Source: Spirochaetota bacterium
GTDB lineage: Bacteria; Spirochaetota; B62-G9; DRHN01
Assembly: GCA_023136305.1 (NCBI GenBank)
Contig: JAGLSF010000001.1
Span: forward strand, 1 to 39,390
Length of the DNA stretch: 39,390 nt
Direction of reading: 5' to 3'
The translations under genes and the position numbers were made by a program. Position 1 is the first letter of the stretch; every line of letters starts with the position of its first letter. Shown here in pieces: positions 1 to 8,674 of the stretch. The notes under the pieces were generated by a model, which had not been told where the DNA came from, searched no databases, and worked only from the letters and a program-made list of their open reading frames with translations.

Positions 1-11
1 AGTAAACTATT

Positions 12-362
12 TGGAGGCGGCGGGAATCGAACCCGCGTCCTGCAGTGAGGCTACCTGAACATCTACATAGCTTAGCCTGAAATTAAGGTTTCAGTCCTCT
101 TTAGCATTCAGGCACGCATTGAAGACCTATCCCGAAAAGTTAACTGTCCGGCCCCTCGGGAGCAGACCGTACAGTTTCCCCTGTAGTCGGCGTCTCTCTC
201 TTCTCCAGGGGGAAGAATGAGAGAGACGGCAGCGGCATTATGCCGCTACTGGTAATGCCTCATAATCGGCAAATAAAAAATTGGTGCTCTTTTTTACGAG
301 GCCAGAGCTCCTCGGCATGCAATTCAGGCTCCATGCACCCCAGTCGAATCCGTATCGCCCCC
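12..362 (-). ncRNA. ssrA: tmRNA (transfer-messenger RNA, SsrA)
   Basis: Read on the minus strand, the 5' end is GGGGGCGATACGGATTCGAC and the 3' end is GGGTTCGATTCCCGCCGCCTCCA. There is a 7-bp acceptor stem with a G3:U pair (alanine identity) and a tRNA-like T-arm. The PK1 pairings CCGAGG/CCTCG and GCTCT/AGAGC are followed by a short tag reading frame. A hairpin GCGGCA-TAA-TGCCGC encloses the stop codon. CCA is not encoded. Confidence 0.93.
238..270 (-). other. tmRNA tag-peptide reading frame (ADYEALPVAA, stop TAA)
   Basis: On the minus strand, GCC GAT TAT GAG GCA TTA CCA GTA GCG GCA TAA lies about 12 nt after PK1, the same position as the E. coli resume codon. The choice of resume codon (GCC at 268..270) is inferred by analogy. 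Confidence 0.7.
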
Positions 363-372
363 TTTTACATAT

Positions 373-401
373 AATATACATCGTCCGAACAGCTGTGTAA
401 A
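373..401 (-). promoter_or_regulatory. Candidate sigma70-type promoter of ssrA
   Basis: The minus strand reads TTTACA (401..396), a 17-nt spacer, then TATATT (378..373). The -10 element ends 10 nt upstream of the mature tmRNA 5' end at 362. Confidence 0.5.
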
Positions 402-520
402 CAGGTTTATAGGGCAGGAAAGGCATCTCCATCCAGCTCAAACTGCTGAACATGCTAAAGCAGTTGCTCTTTGAAGACCAGTTGTATATCTTTGAATAAC
501 TTTCATGCAGGGTAATTTCA

Positions 521-1951
521 ATGGCAGAGAGCACCAAGAAATCAAAATATGAGGAATTAGAGAAGAAACTAAGCTATGCTTCAAAGAATATCTGGAGTGA
601 AGCTGATAAGAAAACGGTTGATGCTATTCATGCGTATGCAGAACTCTATAAAGCTTTTCTTGACCGATCGAAAAGTGAGAGACTGACCGTACAGTGGCTA
701 GTTGGTGGGGCTGAAAAGAGGGGGTACAGGAAGCTCTCAAAAGTCACGAAAGTCAAACCGGGCGACCTTATCTACGCGTTGAACAGAGACAAGAACATCG
801 TACTCATCAAGGTGGGTTCAAAGCCCATTCAGGAGGGAATCAACTTCATTGTTGCCCATGCTGATGCACCGCGTCTCGATTTGAAGCAGATTCCGCTCGT
901 TGAGGATACGGAGATTGCACTTCTCAAGACTCATTACTATGGTGGTGTAAAGAAGTATCAATGGCTGAACATTCCCCTTGCCCTTACTGGTATTGTGGTT
1001 ACGAAGGACGAGAAAAGGGTAGAGGTTTCCATAGGATTCGAGGATGATGATCCCGTCTTTGTCATTCCGGATCTCCTGCCCCATCTTGCGAAAAAGGCGC
1101 AGGGAGAAAAGAAATCCGGAGAGTTCATTCAGGGCGAGACCCTCAATCTCATCTTCGGCACCGTGCCGGTGAAGGACGAGAAGGTCAAGGAAAAGGTTAA
1201 GCTTGCCGTTCTGCAGCGCCTGAACGAACAGTATGGCATCGTGGAGGAGGATTTTATATCGGCGGAGCTTCAGGCGGTACCTGCTGTGAAACCGCGCGAT
1301 GCCGGCATTGACAGGGCAGTTATAGCCGGATACGGACATGATGACCGGGTGAGCACCTTTGCCGCGGTTACGGCACTTTTCGATGTCGAGAAGATAGAGC
1401 GAACAGCCGTGGCCTTCATTGTCGACAAGGAGGAAATAGGCTCTGACGGCCCGACAGGGGCCAAGTCATTGTTTATCTTCAATACCATCGGCGAGATCAT
1501 CGAAAAGACCACGGGTGAGTGTACCGACTCCACACTGCGGAGGGCCATGGAACGGTCGACATGCATCTCTGCGGATGTAAATGCGGGCATCAATCCGATG
1601 TATAAGTCGGTGCACGATGAGAAAAACGCGGCAAAGATGTCGCATGGTGTGGTCATCACCAAGTATACTGGTCACGGCGGAAAATACATGGCCAATGATG
1701 CCGATGCCGAGCTTGTCGGCAAGATAAGGAACCTCTTCAACCGAAACGGTATCTTCTGGCAATACGGTGGCATGGGTAAGATTGATGAGGGCGGCGGCGG
1801 AACCATTGCCAAGTACTTTGCCTTCTACAACGCTTCGGTGATCGACTGCGGTATCCCCGTCATTGGAATGCATTCACCCTATGAGCTGATCTCGAAGGCA
1901 GACCTCTACTACTCCTATCGGGGCTACAGGGTTTTTCTAGAGCAGTGTTGA
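521..1951 (+). CDS. M18-family aminopeptidase (aspartyl aminopeptidase-like, zinc metalloprotease)
   Basis: 476-aa ORF with metal-ligand and catalytic motifs typical of M18/M42 aminopeptidases: VAHADAPRLD, GYGHDDRV, DKEEIGS and GMHSPYE. Confidence 0.85.
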   Translation: MAESTKKSKYEELEKKLSYASKNIWSEADKKTVDAIHAYAELYKAFLDRSKSERLTVQWLVGGAEKRGYRKLSKVTKVKPGDLIYALNRDKNIVLIKVGSKPIQEGINFIVAHADAPRLDLKQIPLVEDTEIALLKTHYYGGVKKYQWLNIPLALTGIVVTKDEKRVEVSIGFEDDDPVFVIPDLLPHLAKKAQGEKKSGEFIQGETLNLIFGTVPVKDEKVKEKVKLAVLQRLNEQYGIVEEDFISAELQAVPAVKPRDAGIDRAVIAGYGHDDRVSTFAAVTALFDVEKIERTAVAFIVDKEEIGSDGPTGAKSLFIFNTIGEIIEKTTGECTDSTLRRAMERSTCISADVNAGINPMYKSVHDEKNAAKMSHGVVITKYTGHGGKYMANDADAELVGKIRNLFNRNGIFWQYGGMGKIDEGGGGTIAKYFAFYNASVIDCGIPVIGMHSPYELISKADLYYSYRGYRVFLEQC

Positions 1952-1975
1952 TGACTGGGGAGGAATGCAGCCCGC

Positions 1976-2385
1976 ATGATTGACGTACTTAAACCTCACT
2001 TCACAGGCAAAGATCTCACCACACGCCAGGAAGCGTTAATCCGCTATGTACAGCAACAACCGCGCCAGGGTCAGAATGGTCATATCAATCTGCATGTGCA
2101 TACCAATGAATCCTTTTCATTCTTTCAAAACCCCACAGAAGCGGTATGGTACGCCTATGTGGAGGGTATCGAGTATTTCGGTATCAACGATCACTACACC
2201 ATCAGCGGCTCATGGAGTTGTGTGATTTCGGATTCGTATATCCTGACGGAACTCACCGTTTCGATGATCGCAGGGAAGGCTTCAGTTTTTTCGAGAAGAT
2301 TGGTGAAATGGCTATATCAGAGGAACAGGTGGATGAGCTCAGAATGAAAACCCTGGATGAACGGAAAAGATTCTTCGGTATCTGA
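1976..2385 (+). pseudogene. Decayed PHP-domain (polymerase/histidinol-phosphatase-like) gene: frameshifted and internally truncated
   Basis: Frame 2 encodes a PHP N-terminal signature (INLHVHTNESFSFF...GINDHYTISG) and then turns into low-quality sequence. Frame 1 continues from about 2205 with protein-like sequence (LMELCDFGFVYPDGTHRFDDREGFSFFEKIGEMAISEEQVDELRMKTLDERKRFFGI) to the stop at 2385. The combined length of about 136 aa is far too short for a PHP domain. Confidence 0.5.
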
Positions 2386-2480
2386 GCAGCTGATTACAGG
2401 TAATGAGCATAATGTGGGCATGGCAGTAATGCAGTCAGCCATACACATACTATATTACACAAGAGGGGAAGGAGAGAGAA

Positions 2481-3389
2481 TTGAGTATGAATGTGAAACA
2501 GTATATGAAAAAGGCCTCTGACAAGGGAATCCTCATTCCGGCATTCAATGCCGCCTATCACGAGATGGTACAGCCCATCTGTGAAACACTGAAGAGATTG
2601 AAGACCTTCGGTCTCTGTGAGATATCGAGACCCGATATCGAGAAATTCGGTATAGAGAGCTTCTCAAAAGCTGCTGAGTTCTATTTCAAATACGCAGACC
2701 CGGACTACATGTCGCTCCATCAGGACCACGTGCCTGTTGTGGATGAGGACGGTTACGATGTGGATTACAAAACACTCATACATGAGGCATTGGAAGCCGG
2801 GTATCAGTCAGTAATGATCGACGGCTCCAGAATACCGCTTGAGGACAACATCCGAATCACGGCTGAGATCGCCCAGATCGCCCATAAAAAGGGTGTTCCT
2901 GTTGAGGCGGAGCTTGGAGCTGTGCTGGGCCACGAGAGCGGGCCGCCCCCCTCCTATGAAGAGCTTTTCAGCACTGGTAAGGGGTTTACCAGGCCCGAAG
3001 ACGCCGAGCGACTCGTGAAGGAATCGGGTATAGACTGGCTTTCCGTTGCGGTGGGCAACATACACGGTGCAATTACCGGGTCCTACAAGGACGAGGACAA
3101 GGTCGAAGCACGCCTCAATATCGATCATTTCAAGAAACTTAAAAAGGCAATAGGTATTCCGCTCGTACTGCATGGCGGTTCCGGTATAAACCGCGAAAAC
3201 ATACTGGAAGCAGTCCAAAACGGACTGTCCAAGCTGAATATCGGCACCGATTTGCGGCATGCCTATGAGCGATCTATGCGCGAGACAGACAGCGTTGAGA
3301 GGGCGCAGGAGGCGGTTTCCCAGAAGATGGAGTATCTCATCGTCGAGTACTACGGTATAGCGGGCTCCAGGGAGAAGCTCGAGGCCTGA
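2481..3389 (+). CDS. Class II fructose/tagatose-bisphosphate aldolase family protein
   Basis: Motifs present: ILIPAFNA, LHQDH, SVMIDGS, EAELG, VAVGNIHG, LVLHGGSG and KLNIGTDL. AAGGAG at 2469..2474 lies 6 nt before TTG 2481; an alternative ATG is at 2487. Confidence 0.88.
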   Translation: MSMNVKQYMKKASDKGILIPAFNAAYHEMVQPICETLKRLKTFGLCEISRPDIEKFGIESFSKAAEFYFKYADPDYMSLHQDHVPVVDEDGYDVDYKTLIHEALEAGYQSVMIDGSRIPLEDNIRITAEIAQIAHKKGVPVEAELGAVLGHESGPPPSYEELFSTGKGFTRPEDAERLVKESGIDWLSVAVGNIHGAITGSYKDEDKVEARLNIDHFKKLKKAIGIPLVLHGGSGINRENILEAVQNGLSKLNIGTDLRHAYERSMRETDSVERAQEAVSQKMEYLIVEYYGIAGSREKLEA

Positions 3390-3544
3390 GAGAAACTGGT
3401 GGGAGCTCCCTGATATAACTACTACCGCCATACGCCTTAACCTGTTGACTTTTTGGGGTGTGCCGATAATCTTTACAGCTCATCCTGAAGGTAATTTGTG
3501 GTGATACGAGGAGCAGTGGTCTGAAAAAGTTTTTTTGTACAGAT

Positions 3545-5326
3545 GTGACTATGGACCTGGTTGGACAGAGTGTTGAACTGTACGGCTGGGTACAGATCAA
3601 GAGAGAGCACGGCGGTGTGGTCTTTATCGATCTCCGTGACCGTTCGGGGATTGTACAGCTCGTTTTCAATGAGACCTACAATAGGGACTGTTTCTCTCTT
3701 TCCTCGGAGCTCAAACCGGAATATGTCATTCGTGCTCTGGGAGAAGTCCGAAGGCGGGAGAACCCAAACCCCAATATTCCAACCGGGCAGATCGAAATCT
3801 GGGTCAATGAAGTCACCATCTTGAATACCTCGGAGACACCGCCCATCGGTGTTGTCAAACAGGAGGACGTTTCAGAGGAGCTTCGTCTGCGCTACCGATA
3901 CATAGACCTACGGCGCGAGGAGATGAGAAATAACATAATCATGCGCCACAGGGTGACACAGGCGGTCATTAGGTATCTGGATGCACAGGGGTATCTGAGC
4001 ATAGAAACGCCCTTCCTCACCAAGTCAACACCCGAAGGAGCACGTGATTTTCTCGTACCCTCACGTCTGAACAGGGGCAAGTTCTATGCACTGCCGCAAT
4101 CGCCCCAGATATTCAAACAGCTTCTCATGGTCTCCGGGTTCGAGCGATACTTCCAGATTGTAAAATGTTTCAGGGATGAAGACCTCAGAGCTGACCGGCA
4201 GCCTGAGTTTACACAGATTGACATCGAAGCGTCCTTTATTGATGAAACCGACATCTATGAGCTTATAGATGGCATGTTCAAGGCAATCCTGGAGGGATGC
4301 TACGGAAAGTCACTCGAAACACCCGTGCTGAGAATAACCTATAACCAGGCAATGGAGCAATACGGATCGGACCGGCCGGACCTCCGCATACCCTACCGTC
4401 TCTTCAATATTGGATCACTGTCAGTGCTCAAACCCGGAGAACTCATACTGCATGGGTTGAATGAGGGTAAGCTGTTCTACGGCCTGTTATTGCCCTTTGA
4501 CGACAGCATGTCTCGGAAGGTGCTCGACGGCTATGCGGCACAGGCGAAAGAGGAAGGGATCGATCTCTTTACCTGGCTGAAGGGTGCTTCTGAGAAATCG
4601 GGGGGAGCGAAGGAAGGGAAGGGACAATCATCTCTGTCAGGACCCATGGTCAAGCTCTTCCAGGATGGTCTCGACAGCCACATAGAGCTGCTCCTACAGT
4701 CAGGCAGCAGCGAGGCTGCACAGATAACAGGGAGACCATTCATCCTCCTTGCAGCCCTGGGAGAAAAGAGAAGGGTGCTCTCTTTTCTCAGTCGATTACG
4801 TACGGAAAAGGGGCAGGCTGCGGCAGGGCAGGATGAGCTGCAGTTTTGCTGGATAACCGATTTTCCGCTTTTTGAGTGGAGTGATGAGGAGCAAAAAATG
4901 GTTTCGGTTCACCATCCCTTCACCTCACCAAAATCTGAAGACCTAGGTGGCATCAATAATGAGCCTCTCAACTTAAAATCGAGAAGCTACGATTTTGTGC
5001 TCAACGGTATAGAGCTCGGCGGAGGGAGTATGAGAATACACCGGAGAGAGGTGCAGGAGCAGATTTTCACCCTTCTGGGCCTCAGCCCGGAGGAGGTTGA
5101 GCGCAAATTCGGCTTCCTTCTCGAGGCCCTTCAGTACGGGGCGCCGCCGCATGGGGGAATTGCCTTCGGGCTTGATAGAATTTTGATGCTGCTTCAGGGA
5201 AAGGGGTCAATTCGGGACGTCATACCCTTTCCGAAAACCAGCAGCGGTCTTTCACCGCTTTCCGGTGCGCCGGATATAATATCAGAGGCACAGCTGAGGG
5301 ACCTTGGGCTTGATCTCAGGAAATGA
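3545..5326 (+). CDS. aspS: Aspartate--tRNA ligase (bacterial type with GAD insertion)
   Basis: Class II aaRS motifs are present: FYALPQSPQ, FRDEDLRADRQPEFTQIDIE, GGGSMRIH and PPHGGIAFGLDR. Coordinates use the first canonical start, GTG 3545. The conserved N-terminus continues upstream to CTG 3521 (see findings). Confidence 0.97.
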   Translation: MTMDLVGQSVELYGWVQIKREHGGVVFIDLRDRSGIVQLVFNETYNRDCFSLSSELKPEYVIRALGEVRRRENPNPNIPTGQIEIWVNEVTILNTSETPPIGVVKQEDVSEELRLRYRYIDLRREEMRNNIIMRHRVTQAVIRYLDAQGYLSIETPFLTKSTPEGARDFLVPSRLNRGKFYALPQSPQIFKQLLMVSGFERYFQIVKCFRDEDLRADRQPEFTQIDIEASFIDETDIYELIDGMFKAILEGCYGKSLETPVLRITYNQAMEQYGSDRPDLRIPYRLFNIGSLSVLKPGELILHGLNEGKLFYGLLLPFDDSMSRKVLDGYAAQAKEEGIDLFTWLKGASEKSGGAKEGKGQSSLSGPMVKLFQDGLDSHIELLLQSGSSEAAQITGRPFILLAALGEKRRVLSFLSRLRTEKGQAAAGQDELQFCWITDFPLFEWSDEEQKMVSVHHPFTSPKSEDLGGINNEPLNLKSRSYDFVLNGIELGGGSMRIHRREVQEQIFTLLGLSPEEVERKFGFLLEALQYGAPPHGGIAFGLDRILMLLQGKGSIRDVIPFPKTSSGLSPLSGAPDIISEAQLRDLGLDLRK

Positions 5327-5376
5327 ATAAATTTTATTACTACTTTTATATATTCCTAGTATACTAATTGTACATT

Positions 5377-6360
5377 ATGGAAGATTCAGAGTCGTTCCAA
5401 CAGTCGGAACTGAAAGTAAAACTCCCGAACAGGAGTTTTCAGGAACTTCTGTACGCGAACAGCGACAGGATCATTCACCACATTGAGCGGGAAACCGGCC
5501 TGGAAATTGGGGGCAGGGACTCCCATCTAACCCTTAAAGGCACCCCACAGGAAATTGAAGAGGGCAGAATAATTATCAACAACCTTGGTAGCCTGTACGG
5601 TGAGAAGAACAGCATTGCTGAGAAGGATGTTTCCCTAATTATAAGCAAGGTGAAGAATGATCTGACCTACAATGTAGAGGATTTCAAAAAAAAGCAGATC
5701 CCCATTGGAACAAACGGCAAGGTTATCTCTCCCAAATCAGCAGGCCAGGCCTCCTACTATGACGCCATAAAACAGAATGATATGGTTTTCGCCATTGGCC
5801 CTGCCGGAACGGGAAAGACCTACCTGGCTATGGCCTTTGCACTCAACTACCTCATGGCTGAAAACATTTCCCGCATCATACTGACGCGTCCCGTTGTCGA
5901 GGCGGGTGAAAGCCTCGGATATCTTCCCGGAGACCTGGAACAGAAGGTGAATCCATATTTCAGACCTCTCTATGATGCAATTTACGATATGATTCCCTAT
6001 ATCGTCTTTAAGAAATACGTTGAAAGAGGAGCCATCGAGGTTGCACCGCTTGCCTATATGAGAGGGAGAACACTGCATGACTCTTTCATCATTCTGGATG
6101 AAGCGCAGAACACAACCAGGGGACAGATGCTCATGTTTCTGACCCGCATCGGGTTCAACTCAAAAACAATCGTCACAGGTGACGTAACCCAGAGCGACCT
6201 TCCGAAGGGAAGGGAATCCGGCCTGCATTCCGCAGTGAAGGTATTGAAACATGTGAATGGCATTTCCTTTATTCAGCTGGGTCCCGCAGATGTGGTTCGA
6301 CATCCCCTTGTTGAACGTATCATCAGGGCATTTGAAGACCATGACAGGAAAAAAGGATGA
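5377..6360 (+). CDS. phoH: PhoH-family ATPase (PhoH/YbeZ-like, N-terminal KH-like region)
   Basis: Walker A GPAGTGKTY, Walker B/DEAQ-like ILDEAQN, and GDVTQSDLP. The ORF opens at TTG 5368, but ATG 5377 is the more likely start. Confidence 0.9.
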   Translation: MEDSESFQQSELKVKLPNRSFQELLYANSDRIIHHIERETGLEIGGRDSHLTLKGTPQEIEEGRIIINNLGSLYGEKNSIAEKDVSLIISKVKNDLTYNVEDFKKKQIPIGTNGKVISPKSAGQASYYDAIKQNDMVFAIGPAGTGKTYLAMAFALNYLMAENISRIILTRPVVEAGESLGYLPGDLEQKVNPYFRPLYDAIYDMIPYIVFKKYVERGAIEVAPLAYMRGRTLHDSFIILDEAQNTTRGQMLMFLTRIGFNSKTIVTGDVTQSDLPKGRESGLHSAVKVLKHVNGISFIQLGPADVVRHPLVERIIRAFEDHDRKKG

Positions 6361-8573
6361 TATTTAAAAACAATCCTTTCCGAAAACAGACTACCGAAGT
6401 ATCCCAGCGAAGGCGACTAGTTCAAATCCCTGGTAACAAGGCAGTTTTTTACGCTATACTGGTGCCCCTCTTCTTCGCACTGCTCTGGATGATCGCCAAG
6501 CCATACTTTGGAGTGCGATACAGCTATGAGCTCGGACAGATAGCCCAGGAAAATGTTATCAGCGCCAAGGATATCACCTACGTAAATACGAAGGAAACGG
6601 AGAGGCGTATTGAGGAGGTGCGCACGCGTGTGCCCCCTGTTTTTGACATGTACCTGTTGAGCGAGCGGGAGCTCACCGCAACGGTCGATACCTTTTTCGC
6701 CAACCTGAAATCAGGGAACACCGAAGAGTACACAATTGATGAGTTGTTCGAGAACAGTGGTCTCGGTCTTTCGCGTGAGAGTTTCACAGACCTGATAAAG
6801 AACAGTGATGAACGAGTCTACCCTGAAAAGCTGCAGGCACTCATCTATGCAGTCATGCAGAGAGGGTACAGCTCCATGGAGAGGGAGCAGCTTGATCCAT
6901 TCAGCGGCAAAGGCATAATAGTAAAAAAAATACAGGAATCAGAGATAACCGTTGAAAAGGTGGAAGTCGAACAGATAATCACTGCTGATGAAATTGACAG
7001 GACCCTCAATGAGCAGATCAACGGTTTCGATGAGCAGCTCAACCGACAGGCACGGGCATCGTTACGGGAAACAGTGAAGCTGCTCATGCAGCCGAATCTG
7101 AGGTTCAATGCGGATGAGAGTCAGAAGTTCCTCAATGAGGAGATCAACAAGGTTGAACCTGTACTGAACACCATAAAAAAAGGTGCAATCGTTATACGGC
7201 GAGGGGAGGAAATCAACGAGGAAAACTATCCCAAACTGAGGGCTATAACCCTCCATACGAGCCGTTTCAATCTGAAGGCAATTGTGGGCATTGGCATCAT
7301 CCTCTTGCTGTTGCTCTTACTGGCAGTCATACTGCTCATGGACGAGGGATCTGCAGATGATCTCAGAAGCTTTTATATATTTACAGGGTTTACTCTCTTC
7401 TCCATATTTTATGCCTATCTGATTACCCTCATAAAGACGCTTCCCGACTACTTCATCTTTGGCGTGCTCATCCCCATAGCTGGTATTACCATGACTGCGG
7501 AGGTTCTCTTCAAGAGAAAGTTCTCAATCGTTCTTGCAACGATCCTTCCCATACTGTTCCTGCTCATATCAGGCAAGGACCCCTTCACCTTCATGTTCAC
7601 CATGGGTTCCGGGCTCGTCGCCATCTATGCCGTTCGCTTTGCGGAAAAGCGAAGCGATCTTCTGCGTGCAAGTATATACATTATAATCGCCAATGAGCTG
7701 CTTCTCACATCCATTGGGTTCCTCATGGAGCTATCAACCCGGGAATTCCTGACCCTTCTCATATGGGGTGCGGGAAACGGCATTGTATCGGTCGTGTTTT
7801 CCCTGGGCATTATCCCCTTTTTCGAAGTCATATTGAACCTGCCCACCAATTTCAGGCTGATCGAACTTTCAGACCTCAATACACCGATTATGAAGAAGAT
7901 GCAGATTGAAGCACCGGGGACCTATCACCACAGTATCAATGTGGCCAATATGGCAGAGAATGCCACCCGGGCTGTGAAGGCAAATGCACTACTCGTACGT
8001 GTTGCGGCTCTGTATCACGATATAGGGAAAATACCCAATGCCGAGTATTACGTGGAGAACAATCCGGGTGAAAGCAAACACAATTACATCAAACCCTCTC
8101 TATCAAACTCCATTCTCAAAGCTCATATAAAGATTGGTGTTGAAATGGTGAAAGAGATGAAAATGCCCCGCGAGGTACTCAGTATCGTTGCTCAGCATCA
8201 CGGCACATCTCTCATGAAGTATTTCTATTACCAGGCAGTGCAGGACAATCCCGCTGGTGAAATTGATAAGAAGGATTATCACTATCCGGGCCCCAAGCCA
8301 CAGAACCGTGAGGCTGCAATCGTTATGCTGGCAGACTCTGTTGAAGCCGCATCGAGAACACTGAAAAACCCCTCGGCTGCCCGTATAGACGAGTTTGTGC
8401 AGGAAATCATTGAAGGTAAATTCCGTGAAGGACAATTGAACGAAAGCACGCTTACCCTTCGCGGACTGATGAAGATATCCATTGCCTTTCGGCGGTACCT
8501 CACGGGTGTATTTCACAGCAGAATAGAGTATCCTGATGATAAGGTCATAGAGAAGAAGGAAGAGAAAGCCTGA
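6357..8573 (+). CDS. pgpH: 7TM-receptor HD-domain phosphohydrolase (PgpH/YqfF family, cyclic-di-AMP phosphodiesterase-like)
   Basis: 738-aa product with an N-terminal extracytoplasmic region, a multi-TM core and a C-terminal HD domain (HHSINVANMAE, LYHDIGK, HHG). ATGA overlap with the phoH stop. The phoH-pgpH-ybeY order is conserved. Confidence 0.85.
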   Translation: MIFKNNPFRKQTTEVSQRRRLVQIPGNKAVFYAILVPLFFALLWMIAKPYFGVRYSYELGQIAQENVISAKDITYVNTKETERRIEEVRTRVPPVFDMYLLSERELTATVDTFFANLKSGNTEEYTIDELFENSGLGLSRESFTDLIKNSDERVYPEKLQALIYAVMQRGYSSMEREQLDPFSGKGIIVKKIQESEITVEKVEVEQIITADEIDRTLNEQINGFDEQLNRQARASLRETVKLLMQPNLRFNADESQKFLNEEINKVEPVLNTIKKGAIVIRRGEEINEENYPKLRAITLHTSRFNLKAIVGIGIILLLLLLLAVILLMDEGSADDLRSFYIFTGFTLFSIFYAYLITLIKTLPDYFIFGVLIPIAGITMTAEVLFKRKFSIVLATILPILFLLISGKDPFTFMFTMGSGLVAIYAVRFAEKRSDLLRASIYIIIANELLLTSIGFLMELSTREFLTLLIWGAGNGIVSVVFSLGIIPFFEVILNLPTNFRLIELSDLNTPIMKKMQIEAPGTYHHSINVANMAENATRAVKANALLVRVAALYHDIGKIPNAEYYVENNPGESKHNYIKPSLSNSILKAHIKIGVEMVKEMKMPREVLSIVAQHHGTSLMKYFYYQAVQDNPAGEIDKKDYHYPGPKPQNREAAIVMLADSVEAASRTLKNPSAARIDEFVQEIIEGKFREGQLNESTLTLRGLMKISIAFRRYLTGVFHSRIEYPDDKVIEKKEEKA

Positions 8574-8674
8574 GAGAAAGGGTTTGGACGTATATTACGA
8601 AAGATTCAGAATCGGGAAAGGCACATCATAGAGAGTTTACCATAGGGCTGACGGAGAAGAACTTCAAAGCGCCT

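Noticed and set aside
238-537. 99-aa minus-strand ORF from the ORF track.
   Set aside because: It runs through the tmRNA gene, and its C-terminus (…ADYEALPVAA) is the tmRNA tag frame. The rest is promoter or intergenic sequence. It is not a protein gene.
3401-3410. Perfect palindrome GGGAGCTCCC just after the aldolase stop, considered as a terminator.
   Set aside because: It has no loop and no downstream T-tract. At best it forms a 3-bp stem. It is a SacI-type palindrome and may occur by chance.
2808-3431. Long antisense ORFs opposite well-supported genes: 2808..3431, 9208..9876, 15561..16199, 18743..19294 and 18915..19478.
   Set aside because: Each lies fully inside a gene with strong family motifs on the other strand. 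Their products are low-complexity or Arg/Ser/Cys-rich shadow-frame sequence with no recognisable motifs or ribosome-binding sites.
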